The position numbers were made by a program, and so were the translations under genes. DNA of 64,000 bases from an uncultured Actinomycetota bacterium (lineage in GTDB: Bacteria > Actinomycetota > Actinomycetes > JAHEKZ01). Shown here piece by piece: positions 47,460-58,673 of this stretch. A model generated the notes under the pieces. The model made no database searches. It had not been told where the DNA came from and worked only from the letters and a program-made list of their open reading frames with translations. How positions within the stretch are numbered: position 1 is the first letter of the stretch; each line of letters starts with the position of its first letter. The stretch is from positions 200,517 to 264,516 of the forward strand of contig CAVQHW010000002.1 of assembly GCA_963712425.1 (NCBI GenBank). Reading direction: 5' to 3'.

Positions 47460-48892
47460 TGCGGGCTCCGCTCTTCGAGTATTCGCTCGACCTCGGCACT
47501 GGCCACACCGAGACCTCCAAGGGTGAACTCATCGCGTGCGGTGAGTTGCTGCGTCTCACGATCGAAGTACAGCAGGGTCAGCGTCAAGGGCGTCGGATCT
47601 TCATTCTCTAACGCGCGCAGGCCGGCCCCACCGCTGGAACCCTGAACCAACAACTGAGTTCCCCCATCCAGCTCGACGTCCTCGCGTTCGTGCCGGTGCC
47701 CAGCCAGAACCAGCGGGGTTAGCCCGGCGAGAGGCTCGGCCGACAGGGGGTCATGCACCATCGCGACGTCGACCGGCTCTTCGGCGGTCTCAAGCAATGC
47801 GGCCAACTGCTCGCCAGCTTCAAGAACCGAGCTGTCATCGACATCTGTCGACCTGTCTGGCGTGAACCGAGGATCACCGATCCCCCCGATACTGAGCCCG
47901 GCAACATCACTGATCTCGTCGTCTAGCACGACGGTGTTGTCCATGGCCTCGATAGCAGCGGACGTGGTGGTCGAGTCATGGTTGCCCCTGATGTACACGT
48001 AGGGCACATCGAGCGTCTCGATCTGCGTGAGCAGCGAGTTCTCGAGCGCCGTGCCATGGTCGGCGATGTCACCGGTGTCGAGAACGAGATCGACGTCGTA
48101 CTGATCAACGATCGAGCGCATGATCGGCCAGACGTTCGGGTTCAGGTGGATGTCAGAGACGAAGAGTGCCCGAATCGTTCCAGGAGCCCCTTCCAAGGTT
48201 GGAAGGTTGCGTGCTGCCGTCGCCAATAGCGAAACGTTCTCTACCAAGCGGCCGAGCTGATCGCCGTACTCCTCGAAGTTGTCGACGATCGCGTCGGCAT
48301 CACCCACGACTCGCGGTACGAACACCAGCAAACCTGAGTACTTCGGTTGTGCCAGCGCACGGTCGTTCCAGGTCGCGGCACCACCACCAGCGGACAGGAG
48401 CATGACGCCGGCAGTCACACCAGCAGTCACCGCCGCCCATTTTGGTCTTCGCCACACCACGAGCACTGCAAGCGCTGCGCCAAGCACCGCGCAGGCAAGG
48501 GCTTGTAGGTAGATCTTCCACAGCAGGTCGCGAACCTGACTTTGCACCTCGTCCAGATCCGCGCTCGGTGCCACACCCGACAGTGCCTGTTGGGTCACGT
48601 CAGCATCGAGTGAAACCACCTCAGCGCGCAGGGCGAGCGGGCCGTCATGCGTGTCGAGGCTGATGCTGCCAAGCGGGGGAACGTCGATGACCGTGTCGCC
48701 AGTGACTGAGATCGTCACCGTGGAATCGATGACTAGTGGTCCGACCGTGTCGGTGCGGTTGGCTCCCAGCAACAAACCGACCCACGCCCCGGCGCTGGCG
48801 ACGAGCACGACAGCGATGGCACCCAGAACGTGCCGAAGGGTCAGTTCACGGCGCAGCGACGCGAGGGCTCGTTGTCGCACTGCGTCCACCAC
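47456..48892 (-). CDS. Membrane-associated calcineurin-like metallophosphoesterase
   Basis: N-terminal TM region, then phosphoesterase motifs (LVLDTGDIADHG, GNHDS). Confidence 0.75.
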   Translation of the reverse strand: MVDAVRQRALASLRRELTLRHVLGAIAVVLVASAGAWVGLLLGANRTDTVGPLVIDSTVTISVTGDTVIDVPPLGSISLDTHDGPLALRAEVVSLDADVTQQALSGVAPSADLDEVQSQVRDLLWKIYLQALACAVLGAALAVLVVWRRPKWAAVTAGVTAGVMLLSAGGGAATWNDRALAQPKYSGLLVFVPRVVGDADAIVDNFEEYGDQLGRLVENVSLLATAARNLPTLEGAPGTIRALFVSDIHLNPNVWPIMRSIVDQYDVDLVLDTGDIADHGTALENSLLTQIETLDVPYVYIRGNHDSTTTSAAIEAMDNTVVLDDEISDVAGLSIGGIGDPRFTPDRSTDVDDSSVLEAGEQLAALLETAEEPVDVAMVHDPLSAEPLAGLTPLVLAGHRHEREDVELDGGTQLLVQGSSGGAGLRALENEDPTPLTLTLLYFDRETQQLTARDEFTLGGLGVASAEVERILEERSPQ

Positions 48893-48973
48893 CCTGTTCG
48901 TTCACCCTGTCCGTTCACCCTGACGATCCACGTACGCCATTCTCATTGTCGTGGATACCCGAGGTGACCTTGA

Positions 48974-49435
48974 CTATTCGGGTACTCCCCAGTTGAACCG
49001 GTGGGTGTGGATGTCGAAGTAGACGAATGACTCAGTCGTACGGACGCCCGCGATGCCCTTCAGGCGCCCGTTCACGACCTCGAAGAGCTGGTCCATGTCA
49101 GCACAGACCACCTCGGCGAAGAGGTCGAACGATCCCGACGTCAGCACCACATAGATGACGTCGTCAATCGACCCCACGGCGTCTGCAACCTCACGGATGT
49201 CGCCATCGACGGCGATCCCCACCAAGGCCATGACCGGTAAGCCCAGCTTGAGTGGGTCGGTGACGGCGACCACCTGCAGGAGCCCGGAGTCGATGAGTCG
49301 TTGCATCCGCTGACGCACAGCTGGGGGCGACAGGCCAACCGACGTACCGAGGTCTGCATAGGACGCGCGGCCGTCGTCTTGGAGCTCGCGGATGATCGCT
49401 CGGTCGACAGCGTCGATCGACACTGCCTGCGTCAT
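48974..49435 (-). CDS. Lrp/AsnC family transcriptional regulator
   Basis: HTH (IDAVDRAIIRELQDDGRASYADLGTSVGLSPPAVRQRMQRL) and a RAM domain. Start taken at MTQAVS. The tracked ORF is extended into the upstream gene. Confidence 0.8.
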   Translation of the reverse strand: MTQAVSIDAVDRAIIRELQDDGRASYADLGTSVGLSPPAVRQRMQRLIDSGLLQVVAVTDPLKLGLPVMALVGIAVDGDIREVADAVGSIDDVIYVVLTSGSFDLFAEVVCADMDQLFEVVNGRLKGIAGVRTTESFVYFDIHTHRFNWGVPE

Positions 49436-50793
49436 CGGGCGTAGAGCTCGTCGATGGCCTGAGCGAAGACCTCGGTGTGCAGGTCGACGTCTGCCTGCGT
49501 AGTCGATGGGCACATCAGCGCCATGTTGTGAAAGGGAGTCATGAGAATTCCCCGATTCAACGTGTACAGATGCATGAACTCGTCGAGATCGTCATCGCCA
49601 GCATCATTCGACGTGGTGCCATTGACGGGAGCCGGCCTGGCGAACCGATACTCCGCACGCGCCCCGAGCTGGCAAATGCTCCAAGGCACATCCGCCTTGT
49701 CGAGCACGTTCTGGACGCCCTCGGTGAAGCTCGTTGCCAACGCGATCATCTGCACGAAGGCTTCGTCGGTGAGCACCTCGCTCAATGTCGCGCGGGCAGC
49801 TGCTATCGACAGGGCGTTGCCTGCGAGCGTGCCGCCGACGCCGCCAACGTCGATCAAGTCGGCCTCGGTGTGCGAGGTGATCTGGTCAGCGAGGCGCTGG
49901 CTCACGCCATAGGTGCCGATCGGAATGCCGCCAGCGATCGACTTGCCGATCACGACGATGTCGGGGTCAAGCCCGTACGCCTTTGTCATGCCTCCGGGGC
50001 CTGCACTGAAGGTGTGCGTCTCGTCGATGAGCAGCAGCGTGCCGTACTTGGTGCACAGACTGCGCAGCCCTTCGAGGAAGCCCGGTTCGGGCAGGACGAT
50101 GCCGATGTTGGTCAGCGCAGGCTCGGTGATGAGCACCGCGACGTCACCGTGGGCGAGTGCTCGCTCGACAGACGCGAGGTCGTTGAACTCGGCAACGCGT
50201 GTCGTGAGTGCCGGGTCAACTGCAGGCCCAGCATTTCCAGGACGCGCGATCGTCTCGCCACCCTGGCCCATCACCACCACCGTCTCGTCAACGCTGCCGT
50301 GGTAGCAGTACGAAAAGGCCAACACCTTCGAACGGCCCGTGACCAATCGGGCGAGCCGCAATGCCCACCGGTTCGCATCGGTAGCGGTCAGCGCAAACGA
50401 CCACAGGGGCACACCGAAGCGACGCTCGAGCTCGGCCCCAACCCACGCCGCGTCTTCGCTGGGCAGCATCGTGGTGAAGCCACCCTTGTCACCGATCCGA
50501 CGGTTGACGGCGTCCACGGTCGGCTGCGGTGAGTGCCCGGCCATCGATCCGGTGTCTCCCAACGCGAAGTCGACGTAGGTGTGGCCGTCGATGTCGCTGA
50601 TGCGGTTGCCGTGCGCAGAGTCGAGGTAGGGCGGGAAGCCCCCTACCCACTTGCCCATCCACGTCATAGGAACGCCACCGAACAAGTTCTGTTGCGCGGC
50701 GTCAAACGCGGCTCGGCTCTTGGGGTGGTTCTTGCCGTACGTGGCACGCTCGCGATCAATGAGTGCGGCCAGATGAGTTCGGTCGAGGGCCAT
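49432..50793 (-). CDS. Class III PLP-dependent aminotransferase (GSA-aminomutase / omega-aminotransferase-like)
   Basis: 453 aa of the aminotransferase class III fold, with a PLP-lysine region (...LLIDETHTFSAGPGG...VIGKSIAGG). Confidence 0.8.
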   Translation of the reverse strand: MALDRTHLAALIDRERATYGKNHPKSRAAFDAAQQNLFGGVPMTWMGKWVGGFPPYLDSAHGNRISDIDGHTYVDFALGDTGSMAGHSPQPTVDAVNRRIGDKGGFTTMLPSEDAAWVGAELERRFGVPLWSFALTATDANRWALRLARLVTGRSKVLAFSYCYHGSVDETVVVMGQGGETIARPGNAGPAVDPALTTRVAEFNDLASVERALAHGDVAVLITEPALTNIGIVLPEPGFLEGLRSLCTKYGTLLLIDETHTFSAGPGGMTKAYGLDPDIVVIGKSIAGGIPIGTYGVSQRLADQITSHTEADLIDVGGVGGTLAGNALSIAAARATLSEVLTDEAFVQMIALATSFTEGVQNVLDKADVPWSICQLGARAEYRFARPAPVNGTTSNDAGDDDLDEFMHLYTLNRGILMTPFHNMALMCPSTTQADVDLHTEVFAQAIDELYAR

Positions 50794-50974
50794 GGCGGCA
50801 TCCGTTCGAGGAAGGGGATGAGTTTGATTTCAATAGTTTCATGGCCGACCATAGCGCCACTTTCCGTCGCTCGACAAGGCTCCATACCTCTGATTCAGAC
50901 GTCATGACGAGTTCCAGGCTACGAAAGGCGCGCCCGCTTGCTGGCGCATCGGTCGACTGCCACCATCACTGCTC

Positions 50975-51511
50975 GTGTCCGTCCCCTCACCCGCAGCCAG
51001 CCGCTTGCCGGCAGACCAACCCCCAGTCCGCGTGATCTTCGTCTGCATGGGGAACATCTGTCGGTCGCCGATGGCGGCGGCCGTGCTCCGGGCCCAGCTC
51101 GAACGCGAGGGCCTTCACCATGTGCAGGTCAGTAGCGCCGGAACCGGGAGCTGGCACGTCGGTGACCCCGCTGATCGACGAGCCCGCGCTGCCCTGCAAC
51201 ACCGCGGCTACGCAACCGACCATGAAGCACGACAGTTTCAGGGCGAGTGGTTCAACGACTACCACCTGGTGATCGCGATGGATCGTGACAACGAACGTGA
51301 GCTTCGGCGCATGGCGAAGACCAGTGCACATGCCGACACCATCAGGCTGATGCTCGAGTTCGATCCCGACGCTGAGTCACTCGATGTCCCCGATCCCTAC
51401 TACGGATCAGCTGATGAGTTCGACACGGTGTTGACGCAACTCGAGGGCGCCTGTAGCGGGCTGGTGTCACATCTACAGGCGACCGACGGGCAGACGTCCC
51501 TCCTGGCCTAG
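50975..51511 (+). CDS. Low-molecular-weight protein tyrosine phosphatase (PtpA-like)
   Basis: P-loop CX5R motif (VIFVCMGNICRSPMA) and DPYY near the C-terminus. Confidence 0.8.
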   Translation: MSVPSPAASRLPADQPPVRVIFVCMGNICRSPMAAAVLRAQLEREGLHHVQVSSAGTGSWHVGDPADRRARAALQHRGYATDHEARQFQGEWFNDYHLVIAMDRDNERELRRMAKTSAHADTIRLMLEFDPDAESLDVPDPYYGSADEFDTVLTQLEGACSGLVSHLQATDGQTSLLA

Positions 51512-51543
51512 CGACGCTCCAGACGGCCAGGTACGGTCGCGGA

Positions 51544-52284
51544 ATGGATCAAAGCGCCTTACTCGAACCACTCGATGAAGACTGGGAACGTGCACTAGTC
51601 GTCGTCGCTCACCCCGATGACATGGAGTACGGCGGAGCAGCTGCCACTGCACGGTGGGTGGGTCAAGGCAAGCAGATCGCCTACTGCCTCATCACCAGTG
51701 GCGAAGCCGGCATCGACGGGATCGCTCCAGAGGAGTGCGCACCGCTGCGCGAAGTTGAGCAGCGGGCCGCGTGCGCAGCGGTCGGTGTGCACGATGTCGA
51801 GTTTCTCGGGTTCCCCGACGGAATGCTCGAGTACGGGTTGGCGCTTCGTCATGCCATCGCGGCGAGCATCAGGCGTCATCGACCCGAGATCGTCATCACG
51901 ACGAACTTCCGAGAGACCTACTTCGGAGTGATGCTCAATCAGGCCGACCACATCGCCGGTGGCCGCGCCACGCTGGACGCCGCACGCGACGCTGGCAACC
52001 GTTGGGTCTTTCGCGATCTGCTGGCTGCCGGGCTCGAGCCGTGGTCAGGCGTCCGGCAGGTGTGGGCAGTCGGTTCACCCGACGCTCGGCACGCTGTCGA
52101 GGTCACTGACACGTTCGAGGCTGGCCTCGCATCGCTGCGAGCGCACGCGGCGTATCTCAACGGTCTCGGCCCCGACGCCCCTGACCCAGCCGAGATGCTC
52201 GAGGGGCTTGCGCGTCAGACCGGAACCCAGTTGGGCGTGCCCATGGCGGCGTCGTTCGAGGTGCTCCCGATCCAACTGTTGTAG
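51544..52284 (+). CDS. PIG-L/LmbE family N-acetylglucosaminyl deacetylase (MshB/Mca-like)
   Basis: AHPDDME motif and a zinc-binding His/Asp pattern. 246 aa. Confidence 0.8.
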   Translation: MDQSALLEPLDEDWERALVVVAHPDDMEYGGAAATARWVGQGKQIAYCLITSGEAGIDGIAPEECAPLREVEQRAACAAVGVHDVEFLGFPDGMLEYGLALRHAIAASIRRHRPEIVITTNFRETYFGVMLNQADHIAGGRATLDAARDAGNRWVFRDLLAAGLEPWSGVRQVWAVGSPDARHAVEVTDTFEAGLASLRAHAAYLNGLGPDAPDPAEMLEGLARQTGTQLGVPMAASFEVLPIQLL

Positions 52285-52318
52285 TGCCGCACAGCTGCGG
52301 CACTACAACAGTGCAGAT

Positions 52319-54346
52319 CTAGCAGCCGTTGTAGTCGCGCGACGCGAAGCAGGGGTCGCCACCTTTGCGAGTCAGGTCGACCCGCTGGAACGGACCACTG
52401 TCGAGACTCTTGGGTCCTTCGATTCTCATGCGCAGGCTCTTCGTGCCCCGATCGATCTTCACCATTTTGTGGAACACACCGTTGTCAGTGAAGGTCACGG
52501 TGAAGCGCTGATTCTGCTTGCCGCGGTCGATGACGAGGGTCGCCTGCTCACCTGCGCAGTTGTCCTTGCCACACACCCGGTTTCGGTTCAGCCGGCTCAT
52601 TCCACCGGTGACCTCGACAGCGCGGGGGCCGGCTTTGTTGACGTCAACGATCCGTGAGCCGTACAGGGCAGGCGACTGCGGCTGAATAATCCAGCTGCGG
52701 TTGCCGATCGTTCGGCCGTCCTCGTCCTTGTCGTACACGATCAGGTGCACATGCGCGTCAAGCCAGCGGCCCTTGCGCGGAAGGTCAACCTTCATCGACG
52801 TCGGGAACGGCTCATCGGGGTCGACCTTGATCCGCTTGGCTGCGCCGGCAGCTCCGTCGAAGTGCACGACTGCGCGGACCATGTCGAGTTCGTCGCGCTC
52901 TGACTTACGTGGCCGATCCCACGTGATGATCATCGCGTCGCCCTTGCGTGCAGTCTTGGCGTCGTCCAGTTTCGGTGGACGGTCACCGCTGTCTCGGCTG
53001 TATCGGTCCGCCGGATACGACGTGACGTCACCACCACTCGTGTGTGCTGTCACCGTGAACCAGGCACCAGGTGGCAGCAGGACATCAACGCGGACCGTGT
53101 TGCCATCGACGTTGTAGGTCGAGGTGGTGGTGTCGGTGTAGACCGTGACGGTGTAGCCAGTCACGGAATCAGCAGCAGGCGTCGTCCACGAAATGACGGA
53201 CTCGTTGTTCTCGCCGCCCCATGAGGGCTCGTACCAGGTCGTGAAGAAGTTTTGCTTCTTCGGTGATGGTGCAACAGCACCGACGGCCGCAGCGGCGTCG
53301 ACCAAGCCCCAGCCGTACAACGGGTCTCGGCCGTTCACTCCGAGGTCTTTGGTAGTTGACGTGATCTGGTCTTGCACTTGCTGCGGTGTCCACCCTGGGT
53401 GCTGCTCGATGACGAGTGCAGCCACACCGGCTACGACGGGGGCTGACATCGACGTTCCGCTAGAGAACACGTGCGGCGTTGAGGAGCGATCGGCCACAGT
53501 GGAGTCGGCCGAGAGAACGTCTTCACCAGGAGCGATGACGTCGACGGCCGCATCGAACGACGACCAGTACGTACGGTCAAGCGTCGGGGCCATGGCGGCG
53601 ACGGTGAAAGTGCCATCGCAGGACGCTGGGATGTTCTCGGGGTTACCCCAGTCACCGCTGTTTCCAGCCGAAGCGACAACAACGGTGCCGGCCGCCTTGG
53701 CGGCGTCCACTGAGTCACAGAGTGCACCGATCGCCTCGAGGTACTTCTCAGTGCGTTCGCTGGGAACGAGCCCGCTCGACGGGCCACCCAACGACATGTT
53801 GATGACGTCGGCGCCGTTGGCTACCGAGAAGTCAATGGACTCGGCGATGAACTTCCAGAACTGGATGTCACGCATGTAGGTCCTGCGCGGGAAGGTGTGA
53901 ATAGGCATGATCTGCGCGTCGGGTGCAATGCCCGTCACCCCGTCACCATCGTCATCGCCGGCGACGATGCCGGAAACGTGAGTGCCGTGGTAGTACCAGT
54001 CGTCGCCGGTCTCATCAGCGGTGGTAGCAGGCACGAGCTCAAACTTCTCGGTGTCCTCGTTGCGCTGAATGAACGCCCCAGGCACCACACGCCCCTCGAG
54101 GTCAGGATGCGTGTTGTCGACCCCGGTGTCGATGACGGCAACCGTTACGCCAGAACCGGTGGCCTCGGTGTGGGCTTCCTTGGCGTTCACCGCTGGCAGC
54201 ATCCACTGGTACGGCTCAAGGTCGCCGTGCACAACGGTCTCAACATCAGGCGGGAACGAGCTGTCGTCAGCTCCTGATGAGAGCGGCAACAGGGGGACAG
54301 CCACTGCAGCCGCAGTGAGGGCGACGAGAACTCGGCGAATTGACAT
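52319..54346 (-). CDS. Secreted S8 subtilisin-like serine peptidase with C-terminal beta-sandwich extensions
   Basis: Signal peptide. Catalytic triad regions DTGVDNTHPDL, HGTHVSGIVAG and SGTSMSAPVVAG. 675 aa. Confidence 0.85.
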   Translation of the reverse strand: MSIRRVLVALTAAAVAVPLLPLSSGADDSSFPPDVETVVHGDLEPYQWMLPAVNAKEAHTEATGSGVTVAVIDTGVDNTHPDLEGRVVPGAFIQRNEDTEKFELVPATTADETGDDWYYHGTHVSGIVAGDDDGDGVTGIAPDAQIMPIHTFPRRTYMRDIQFWKFIAESIDFSVANGADVINMSLGGPSSGLVPSERTEKYLEAIGALCDSVDAAKAAGTVVVASAGNSGDWGNPENIPASCDGTFTVAAMAPTLDRTYWSSFDAAVDVIAPGEDVLSADSTVADRSSTPHVFSSGTSMSAPVVAGVAALVIEQHPGWTPQQVQDQITSTTKDLGVNGRDPLYGWGLVDAAAAVGAVAPSPKKQNFFTTWYEPSWGGENNESVISWTTPAADSVTGYTVTVYTDTTTSTYNVDGNTVRVDVLLPPGAWFTVTAHTSGGDVTSYPADRYSRDSGDRPPKLDDAKTARKGDAMIITWDRPRKSERDELDMVRAVVHFDGAAGAAKRIKVDPDEPFPTSMKVDLPRKGRWLDAHVHLIVYDKDEDGRTIGNRSWIIQPQSPALYGSRIVDVNKAGPRAVEVTGGMSRLNRNRVCGKDNCAGEQATLVIDRGKQNQRFTVTFTDNGVFHKMVKIDRGTKSLRMRIEGPKSLDSGPFQRVDLTRKGGDPCFASRDYNGC

Positions 54347-54481
54347 GGGCCACTCCGTGAAGAAGCGCGCGAGGACCCGATGCCCCCGTTGGCGCGTTGA
54401 CGGTAGCGCACGTTGCGGGATGACTCAGCACCATCGCGACGTGGAAAGCCTCAAATTGTTATGCAGCACGCTGGGCGAGAG

Positions 54482-55273
54482 CTAGGCGACCCACACCAGG
54501 AGCGAGACATCCGCGAGAGCAGCGAGCATGACTACCACGAACACCGCTCTCACCCGTTCGGTCCACAGCAGGGCTGCCGAAGCCGCAATGGGAGCCAAGA
54601 CCACCACGAGCCCGACGAGTTGCGCCGAGCCAGACTCCAGCTGCCTCACCAGCATCACTCCCGCTGCACCCAGCGTCACCATCGCGACAGCAAGCGATCC
54701 CCTCTGACCGATTCGCTGCGGCGCACCCCAGACACCAAGCGAGCGATCGTCGGCGATGTCAGGCGCCGCGTTGGCAAAGTGCGCAGCCACACCGAGCAGC
54801 GATCCAACCGCGACCACCCAAGCCTCAAGTGGCTCGCCAGTAGCCAGCCAGACGTAGGCAGGGAGGGCCCCGAACCCGACGGCATAGGGGATAGGTGAGG
54901 CGAGTACTCGCTTGAGCCCTGCGTTGTACGCCCACCCGCTGGCGACGAGGAGCAGGTGGCAGGCTCCAGCTCGCCAGCCAGACAACAGCGACAGCGGCAC
55001 GGATGCCACCCCCGCGGTGAGCGCTGCAGCCCGCACGGTCGACACCGGCACCGCACCCGTGGCTACTGGCTTGTCGCCGCGTCCAATGGTGGCGTCGCGC
55101 TCGGCGTCCCACCAATCGTTGGACCAGCCGATCGACAGCTGACCAACCAGCACGGTGACCCCGACGAGTGCCACCATCGCGGTCGTGGCGGACAGACCGG
55201 ATGCCAACAGCACCGCAATCGTCGTGACGACGACAGTGGGGCCCGGATGGCTCGCTCGGAGCAGCCCGAGCAC
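54482..55273 (-). CDS. UbiA-family prenyltransferase (integral membrane)
   Basis: NDWWDAERD (UbiA NDxxDxxxD motif) and about 8 TM segments. Confidence 0.7.
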   Translation of the reverse strand: MLGLLRASHPGPTVVVTTIAVLLASGLSATTAMVALVGVTVLVGQLSIGWSNDWWDAERDATIGRGDKPVATGAVPVSTVRAAALTAGVASVPLSLLSGWRAGACHLLLVASGWAYNAGLKRVLASPIPYAVGFGALPAYVWLATGEPLEAWVVAVGSLLGVAAHFANAAPDIADDRSLGVWGAPQRIGQRGSLAVAMVTLGAAGVMLVRQLESGSAQLVGLVVVLAPIAASAALLWTERVRAVFVVVMLAALADVSLLVWVA

Positions 55274-55281
55274 GTGTGCGC

Positions 55282-58200
55282 CTACTGGCTAGCCAGGACG
55301 ATGGTCCACATGGTGCCCTTCTCAGCACCTGCGTCAGCTGTTGCGGTCAGCCCGCCGCGGACACCCGCGAGCACCGGTGCCCCGTCGTCGGTCAGCAGCG
55401 AGGACACCCGAGAGTTGGAGTTCGAGCTGAACTCGTCGGCTCGGAAGACCTGCTCAGCGGGTGGAGTCCACGACGTCGTTGGCACGTTGGGGCTCAGCGC
55501 GGAGTTGCGATCGGCCCAGTAGGACAACACCCAGGCGCCGTCGGCGGGCACCGTCACACCTGGGGTGGTGTGCGCTGTCACCGCTGTGGTCGATGGCTCA
55601 GCCGCCGACGCAGAGGCGCTGACTGGCGATGCATTGACGCCGGAGTACGCGACCATCGAGGCGATCACTGGTGCGTTTCCTGACAGGGCGGTCGAGACGT
55701 TGGTACCGGCCGATCCGGCAGCGGCAAAACGCCAGAACACCTGTGTCGTCAGCTCGGAGTCACTGCGGGTGCCCAGTTGGGTCCACCCTGACGGCGTGTT
55801 AGCGGTGCGTGAGTTGCCGTTGGTCACGAAGAGCACCAGCAGATCGTCCTGCTGGACGGTGGCCGGTACCTGAATCGACACGTTGTTGCCATTGCCACCG
55901 TCGACGCTCACCGCGTCGCGAAAGTCAATCGACGTGGCGATCTCATTGACGGTGATGTGCTGGGTGTCGGTTGCCGTGCCACCGCGGTTGTCGGTGACGG
56001 TCAGGGTGACATCGAACTCGCCACTGCCGGCGTAGACGTTGTTCACTTGCTCACCGCTACCGAGGTTCAGATCACCGAAGTCCCACGCATAATCGACGAT
56101 CGTCCCGTCGGAGTCCTCGCTTGCTGCGGCGTCGAAGTCGCAGTCGAGACCCCAGCAGTCCACTGTGAAGTCAGCGGTGGGATCGACGTTTGGTAGCTGG
56201 ACGACATTGACCTGAGTGGTGTCCGCGTTGGTAGCCCCGCGGTTGTCGGTGACCGTCACGGTGATGTCGTACATGCCATCAGCCGCATATGTGTGTTCAG
56301 CAGTGGGGTCAGTCATCACGGTGCCGTCACCGAAGTCAACGGAGTATTCGACGACGCCACCGTCTGGGTCGCTGCTCCCGCTCGCGTCGACGGTGCAGGA
56401 CAGCCCGAGTGCAGTCGACGCTGAAGTCAGCGACCGGGTCGACATTGTCGGCGAGTGTCGCCCACTGGCTCGACAGGAACAGTGCGTTCGCACGCCAGTC
56501 GATTGTCGCGTTCACGGTGGACGCGGAACCCTTGAACTTGTTGTTCACGAACTTCACTCGCTTGAGCTGGCCGTTCTGACCATCAGCGAAGTAGACGAAC
56601 TGGCCGGCCCTGAACATTCCTTTGACCCGGTTGGGGGTCAGCGCGGTTGCGTTGGGCAGTGTGCGGCGAGCCGCCCCGACCACGCGACTCTCAGGCAGGA
56701 ATGGACGCCAGAACAACTGGCTGCTGCCTTGCATCGTGTAGTAGATGCGCGCCTTGACTGGCTCGTAGAAGATGCCGGTCATCGACTCGAGGTCGTTCAC
56801 GAAGTTCGAGCCGTATCCAGGCGTCGTGGGTGAGCCCTCGTACAGCTCGATGTCTTGCAGCGGACCGAAGTCTTGGCCGTCCCACGACTGCGCGGCGAAA
56901 CTTCCCGTCGTTCCGTTATCCCACACGGTGTAAACCGTGTCATCGACGGCGAAAGCTCCACGCACGTTCGCCCAGTTGTGCTCACCGGTCTCGGTGATCT
57001 GGTTCTCGACCGTGGTGCCGTCGAACCCGATGCCCTTCTGGTTACTCGCACCCGCACCAGGGATCGCACCCAACTGCCAGACATCGCCAGGCAGGCGTCC
57101 GATCACGTCAGGTGGGATCGTGTCGTTGTTGAGCGGGAAGCCCGCGAGACGTGGACGGAACTCGTTGGCCCACGTGTTGGTGTCAGACACCGCCCACAAC
57201 ATCGGGTCGGTCGGTAGGAAGTCGAACACTCCTAGCCCGCGCGCCCGACCTGGGTTCCAGCTGAACGGCAGCCCGTTGCGGGTGTCGATCACGGCCAGGC
57301 CTTCAGTCGGCCACGCACCAGATCCTGCGGCATCGCCACGGTAGGGGTTGTTGAGCCAGCGCATGTGACCACCGAGGTAGGCCATAGGACCAGTGACCTC
57401 GACGGCGGTGAGGGTGTCACCACCGGTGTAGTTCACCCATGCCGGCTGCTTGGTCGTACCCGTTCCCTTGAAATCCCAGCGCGCAGCGGTATCGCACAAT
57501 GTGGTGTTGCCTCGGTAACTGCCGGTCGTCACCACCACGAAAAACTTGCCGTTCGGCGCGATGTCGATATCTCGCATGTAGGTCGGGAAGACTGGGTTAC
57601 ACACGTTGCCGTACCTCTGGGTTCCCCAGTTGCGCAGCGTTGCCGTCGCGCCGCCGGTGTTCCACACCGCCAATTGACTGCGGGTCTGGCCATCGACCTC
57701 GGTGAAGTTGCCAATCGCCACGAGCTTGCTGCCGTCAGGAGTGATGTCGAACGCCTTCACCGAAGCTGAGCCGGGACCTTGGATGTTCCCAGTGATGTCA
57801 GACGCCATGTGGTTGGTCAGCGCACCCGTGTCAGGGTTCAGCGAGGCCATTGCCCGACGTTGAGTAGCACCAACGAAACCAAAGTCGCCACCGATGTACA
57901 GCTGGCCATTGGCTAGCTTCATCGAGGTCACCGCAGCACTGACGTTGGGCGGGTCGAACGCAGCAACCGGGTTGCCGGTGTTGAGGTTCAGCAACGCGAC
58001 ACGGTTGTGCGTCTCACCATTGATTTGTGTGAACGACCCACCGATGTAGACCTTGTCGCCATCAGGGTGTGCGAGGACAGTGTTGACCTCGCCGTTCACG
58101 TTCGGGAAGAAGTTCTTCGTCGACACGTCCGGTCGAGGGGTTGAACGCGAACACCCAACGCTGCGGGAAGACGGTGCCGCTGTTGTAGTTCTGGATACCG

Positions 58201-58466
58201 AACCGGAAGTTGCCGCCCACGACCACGCGGTTGCCGACCTCAGCGAGGGTGCGGGCTTGCACATCGTCTTGTGGGTCGTTGGGGTTCTCGAGGATGCGCG
58301 GGGAGGTGTCGACCGGGTTCTCGCTCGGCAACGTGTCAGCAAAGCCAGCGTTGGCAGGGGACACACCTGCGAGCAGACCGGTCATGGCGGTAGCTATCGC
58401 CACGACACTCACGGCGGCCCTGCTGCTCACGCTGGTCTTGCTGGCGAAACGGTTAACTCTCCGCAC
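55282..58466 (-). pseudogene. Very large secreted protein (about 1060 aa: signal peptide, beta-propeller-like region, two PKD domains, C-terminal domain) with at least two frameshifts
   Basis: Signal peptide and first 110 aa in frame 58062-58466. A 1-nt insertion at about 58125 moves into frame 56336-58366 (NFFPNVNGEVNTVLAHPDGDKVYIGG...). A second shift at about 56340-56400 moves into frame 55282-56493, which carries the PKD domains (VDFGDGTV, WDFGDLNLGSG). Confidence 0.6.
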
Positions 58467-58673
58467 GAAAAGAATCCCCCAAAGTCGACGTTGGGCACAC
58501 CGTACCTACGTAGTGAGTGGCCATTGTCTATTGGGCTGAACTGGCGCGACCATCGTTCGGATGGACCGAAACCACTGGAACCATTGAAACTTCGGAGCGT
58601 GATGCAGCGGCTACTTCTCGTTACTGATCATCACCGGTAGATGTCGCGTTTGCCCAGAATGCGGCGCGCACGT

